A stretch of 64,000 nucleotides of DNA from Alphaproteobacteria bacterium (lineage in GTDB: Bacteria > Pseudomonadota > Alphaproteobacteria > CAAHEQ01 > UBA3637): the NCBI GenBank assembly GCA_045632845.1, contig JAZQXL010000020.1:35386-99385 (forward strand), in the 5' to 3' direction. A model generated the notes under the pieces. It was not told the origin of the DNA. It searched no databases and was given only the letters and a program-made list of their open reading frames with translations. How positions within the stretch are numbered: the stretch's first letter is position 1; the number at the start of each line of letters is the position of its first letter. The position numbers and the translations under genes are program-made. This document shows positions 60,592 through 64,000 of the stretch, one piece after another.

Positions 60592-60701
60592 CATTAGGTC
60601 ATCAAAAGTCTTCGTCAAAGGAATGAACAAAACAAGTTCACCAAAGATTGTTAAGGTATTAAAAAGATGATATAATTTACAAAAATATGGAGTATAAAAA
60701 A

Positions 60702-60905
60702 ATGCAAACAGGCAAAGTAAAATGGTTTAATTACAAAAAAGGTTATGGATTTATCACACCTGACGAAGGTGAAAAGGACGTTTTTGTTCATATCACAGCC
60801 TTGCACGCTTCAAAATTGCGTGTTTTAGAAGACAATCAACCAATTTCTTATGATTTAAAAGAAGAAAATGGCAAAATCTGTGCCACAAATCTTGTTTTAG
60901 GTTAA
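60702..60905 (+). CDS. cold-shock protein
   Basis: GKVKWFN..KGYGFI, DVFVH. Confidence 0.95.
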   Translation: MQTGKVKWFNYKKGYGFITPDEGEKDVFVHITALHASKLRVLEDNQPISYDLKEENGKICATNLVLG

Positions 60906-60908
60906 TCT

Positions 60909-60965
60909 AAAAAAACTCCCAATCAAAAGCTGTAATTCATTACTCATTTTGATGGGAGTTTTTTT
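60909..60965 (+). terminator. terminator after csp
   Basis: AACTCCCAATCAAAA..TTTTGATGGGAG-T7. Confidence 0.65.
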
Positions 60966-61041
60966 AATACCCATTTTTAAAGATAGATTCTTGCTTAAAA
61001 GACTAAATTATGGTACTCTAAAAGTATAAGGAGGGTGCCAA

Positions 61042-63168
61042 ATGAATAAAAAAACATCTCAAAAAATGCCATCCATGAAAGAGTTGATTGATTATCTCAA
61101 TCAACAAACAGGTACCATCGATAAGCGTACCATCGCCAAACGATTTAAAATAAAAGGCGATGACAGAAGAGAACTTAAAAATATGCTTAAGGAATTAAAA
61201 AATTCAGGCATCATTGAGCATAGAGAAAATACAAAGAAAAATCGTCTTCATATCGCAGGAAAACTCAGCGAATATGAACAAATAGAAATTACAGGCATTG
61301 ATTCTATGGGTGACTTGATTGCCCGTCCACTTGATTGGAAATCTAGACAAGAAGTCCCTCAAATTATCATCACAAAAAACAAAATTAATCCCCCTGCTGG
61401 TGTGGGAGATGTTGTTCAAGCCAGATTAAAAAGCATTAAAAAACTTATGTATGAAGGCGAAGTTATCAGACGGATTACAACAAGCGGCAACCAAATGGTT
61501 GGCGTATATGAGAACAACAAAGTTTATTCTGTTGATCGCAGATTAAAACAAGCATTTAACTTAATTGATGTTCCAAAAGGTGTGCAAAACAAAGACATTC
61601 TCTTAGTTGAAATACCCATGATAAGATCTAGAGAACCCGTTGCAAAATTCATTCAAAAAATTGGTTCTTCCCTAGATCCTTTTGCAGCAACTCTCATTGC
61701 TATTTATATGCACCGCCTGCCCATAATGTTTTTCAAACAAACGGAAAAAGAAGTTCAAAACTTAACCATTCCTCCTGTGGATAAAAACAGAATTGATTTA
61801 AGAAAAATTCCTTTTGTTACCATCGATGGAGCTGATGCAAAAGATTTTGACGATGCTGTATGGGCTGAAAAAGATACATCAAGCGAAAATCCAGGCGGCT
61901 ACCACATTATGGTTGCTATTGCTGATGTCAGTTGGTATGTCAGATGTGAAAGCGCTCTTGATAGTGATGCAAAATTAAGGGGTAACTCCACCTATTTTCC
62001 AGACCGAGTTTTACCAATGCTTCCCTTTGAAGTATCCAATGGTGTCTGCTCTTTAAAACCTCACGAAGATAGGGCCGCCCTTGTATGCGAAATGTGGATT
62101 GACAAATCTGGTATTAAGAAAAAACACCGATTTGTTCGCGCTCTTATTCGTTCAGAACGCAGATTAACCTATCCAGAAGTTGAAGAAGCCATTCAAGGCC
62201 ACACACCCATTGTTGGACTTGAAGAAGAAATTGAAACGCTTAAAAATGTTTATCTCCTTCTTAAAAAACAACGCAAAAAAAGAGGTGTTATTGAAATTGA
62301 TGTTCCAGAACAACAAGTTGAACTAACCAAAGATGGTCACATCAAATCTATTCATCCAAGGCAAACTCTTTCAAGTATGCAATTGATTGAAGAGTTAATG
62401 ATTCTTTCCAATGTTTCAGCAGCCGAAACATTGGAAGAAAAACACATGCCAACCATGTATCGTGTGCATGATAGACCTTCTGAAGAAAAATTAAAAACAT
62501 TAAACAACTTTTTAAAATCGATTAGAATCATTAAAAAACCGTTCACCGAACAAGCCGAACCAAAAGACTTTAATTTAGTTTTAGAAAAAGCACGAACCAG
62601 TGACAAAAACTTTGCCATCAATGAGTTTGTATTAAGGAGTCAATCTCAAGCTTGTTACAGCTCTGAAAACATTGGTCACTTTGGATTAGCGCTTTTAAAA
62701 TATGCACACTTCACCTCTCCTATTCGAAGATATTCAGACTTAATGGTTCATAGAGCACTTGTTGATGCTTTAAAATTAGGAGATGGTGGTTTAAGCAAAG
62801 AAAGCATTGCTAATTTTGACAACACAGCAAAACACATTTCACAAACAGAAAGACAATCAGCCGCAGCAGAACAAGATGCTGTTGATAGATACATCGCCTC
62901 TTATTTAAAAAACAAAGAAAACAAAACATTTAAAGTGCGAATCTCTTCTATCACAAACTTTGGGCTTTTTGTGCGCCTCGAATCGTTTGGCGCAGATGGA
63001 TTCATTCCAATGAGATATCTAGGTGGCGATTATTATGATTATAACGAACAAGCTCAAATTTTGGAAGGCAGATCAACTGGGAAAAAATTCCAAGTTGGTG
63101 AAACTATCCATGCTGTTTTAAAAGAAGTTTCTCCTATCACAGGTGGTCTTTTATTCAAACCAAAATAA
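61042..63168 (+). CDS. rnr: ribonuclease R
   Basis: FVTIDGADAKDFDDA, HFGLA..YAHFTSPIRRYSD, C-terminal S1. Confidence 0.95.
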   Translation: MNKKTSQKMPSMKELIDYLNQQTGTIDKRTIAKRFKIKGDDRRELKNMLKELKNSGIIEHRENTKKNRLHIAGKLSEYEQIEITGIDSMGDLIARPLDWKSRQEVPQIIITKNKINPPAGVGDVVQARLKSIKKLMYEGEVIRRITTSGNQMVGVYENNKVYSVDRRLKQAFNLIDVPKGVQNKDILLVEIPMIRSREPVAKFIQKIGSSLDPFAATLIAIYMHRLPIMFFKQTEKEVQNLTIPPVDKNRIDLRKIPFVTIDGADAKDFDDAVWAEKDTSSENPGGYHIMVAIADVSWYVRCESALDSDAKLRGNSTYFPDRVLPMLPFEVSNGVCSLKPHEDRAALVCEMWIDKSGIKKKHRFVRALIRSERRLTYPEVEEAIQGHTPIVGLEEEIETLKNVYLLLKKQRKKRGVIEIDVPEQQVELTKDGHIKSIHPRQTLSSMQLIEELMILSNVSAAETLEEKHMPTMYRVHDRPSEEKLKTLNNFLKSIRIIKKPFTEQAEPKDFNLVLEKARTSDKNFAINEFVLRSQSQACYSSENIGHFGLALLKYAHFTSPIRRYSDLMVHRALVDALKLGDGGLSKESIANFDNTAKHISQTERQSAAAEQDAVDRYIASYLKNKENKTFKVRISSITNFGLFVRLESFGADGFIPMRYLGGDYYDYNEQAQILEGRSTGKKFQVGETIHAVLKEVSPITGGLLFKPK

Positions 63169-63182
63169 ATTAAATATCACAC

Positions 63183-63214
63183 AAAAAAAGAACCAACAAT
63201 TGTTGGTTCTTTTT
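63183..63214. terminator. bidirectional terminator between rnr and recA
   Basis: A7-GAACCAACA..TGTTGGTTC-T5. Confidence 0.8.
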
Positions 63215-63235
63215 CGTTTCACATACCGTTAAGAA

Positions 63236-64000
63236 TTAATCTGCTGCCGCCTCATCACCATCTGCCATCATCATTTGACGGGACAAATCTGTTGCATTAG
63301 ATCTGATTGTTTTTTCAATCTCTTCAGCAATTTCTGGATGTGCTTTTAAATAAGTTCTAGCAGATTCACGCCCTTGACCAATTCTTTCCCCTTTGCAAGA
63401 GAACCAAGAACCAGCTTTTTCAATAATGCCTGCTTTGACGCCCAAATCCAAAAGTTCACCTGTTTTTGAAATACCTTCGCCATAAAGAATATCAAAATCA
63501 ACTGTTTTGAATGGTGGTGCAACCTTGTTTTTAACAATTTTAACACGTGTTTGGTTACCAACAGTATTTTCTTTATCTTTAACAGCACCGATTCTACGAA
63601 TGTCCAAACGAACAGAGGCATAGAACTTTAACGCATTACCACCGGTTGTTGTTTCAGGATTACCAAACATAACACCAATTTTCATACGAATTTGGTTAAT
63701 AAAGATAACAAGTGTGTTTGCTCTTGAAACAGAAGCTGTGATTTTTCTTAAAGCTTGACTCATCAAACGAGCTTGCAATCCCATGTGAGAATCACCCATT
63801 TCACCTTCAAGTTCAGCTTTTGGAACCAGTGCTGCAACAGAGTCAACAACCAACACATCAATTGTGCCAGAACGAACCAACGTATCCGCAATTTCCAAAG
63901 CTTGTTCCCCTGTATCTGGTTGAGAAATCAAAAGCTCATTAATGTTAACACCTAATTTACCAGCATAAATTGGATCCATTGCATGTTCAGCGTCAATATA
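63236..64000 (-). CDS. recA: recombinase RecA (5' part outside window)
   Basis: [34 protein letters not shown]. Confidence 0.99.
   Translation of the reverse strand, partial: YIDAEHAMDPIYAGKLGVNINELLISQPDTGEQALEIADTLVRSGTIDVLVVDSVAALVPKAELEGEMGDSHMGLQARLMSQALRKITASVSRANTLVIFINQIRMKIGVMFGNPETTTGGNALKFYASVRLDIRRIGAVKDKENTVGNQTRVKIVKNKVAPPFKTVDFDILYGEGISKTGELLDLGVKAGIIEKAGSWFSCKGERIGQGRESARTYLKAHPEIAEEIEKTIRSNATDLSRQMMMADGDEAAAD

Overview
A 64-kb, AT-rich chromosomal segment of an Alphaproteobacterium. The assignment rests on a permuted two-piece tmRNA (tag ANDNFAPVALAA), alpha-type SspB, ChpT, the Hsp20-DUF1150 pair and a GANTC/CtrA-box-rich dnaA promoter. A host-associated, reduced lineage is plausible but is inference. 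Core genes include rpmG, uppP, rlmB, ileS (type 2), rho, rlmH, radA, two Mla/MCE transporters, an RND pump, MscS, dnaA, rnr, recA and three tRNAs. Accessory content includes VirB11, a MoxR operon, a complete NAD salvage operon with NrtR and a type II R-M + ASCH cassette downstream of tRNA-Gln. Most notable: (1) three tandem paralogous mTERF-like repeat proteins translationally coupled to rlmB and abutting the ssrA promoter; (2) intact but catalytically degenerate SucC/SucD genes overlapping chpT; (3) an orphan protein with two HEPN-like RxxxxH motifs; (4) palindrome modules bracketing the R-M cassette; (5) a shared tRNA-linked repeat element behind two different tRNAs. All family calls come from motif recognition by eye; no database search was run.
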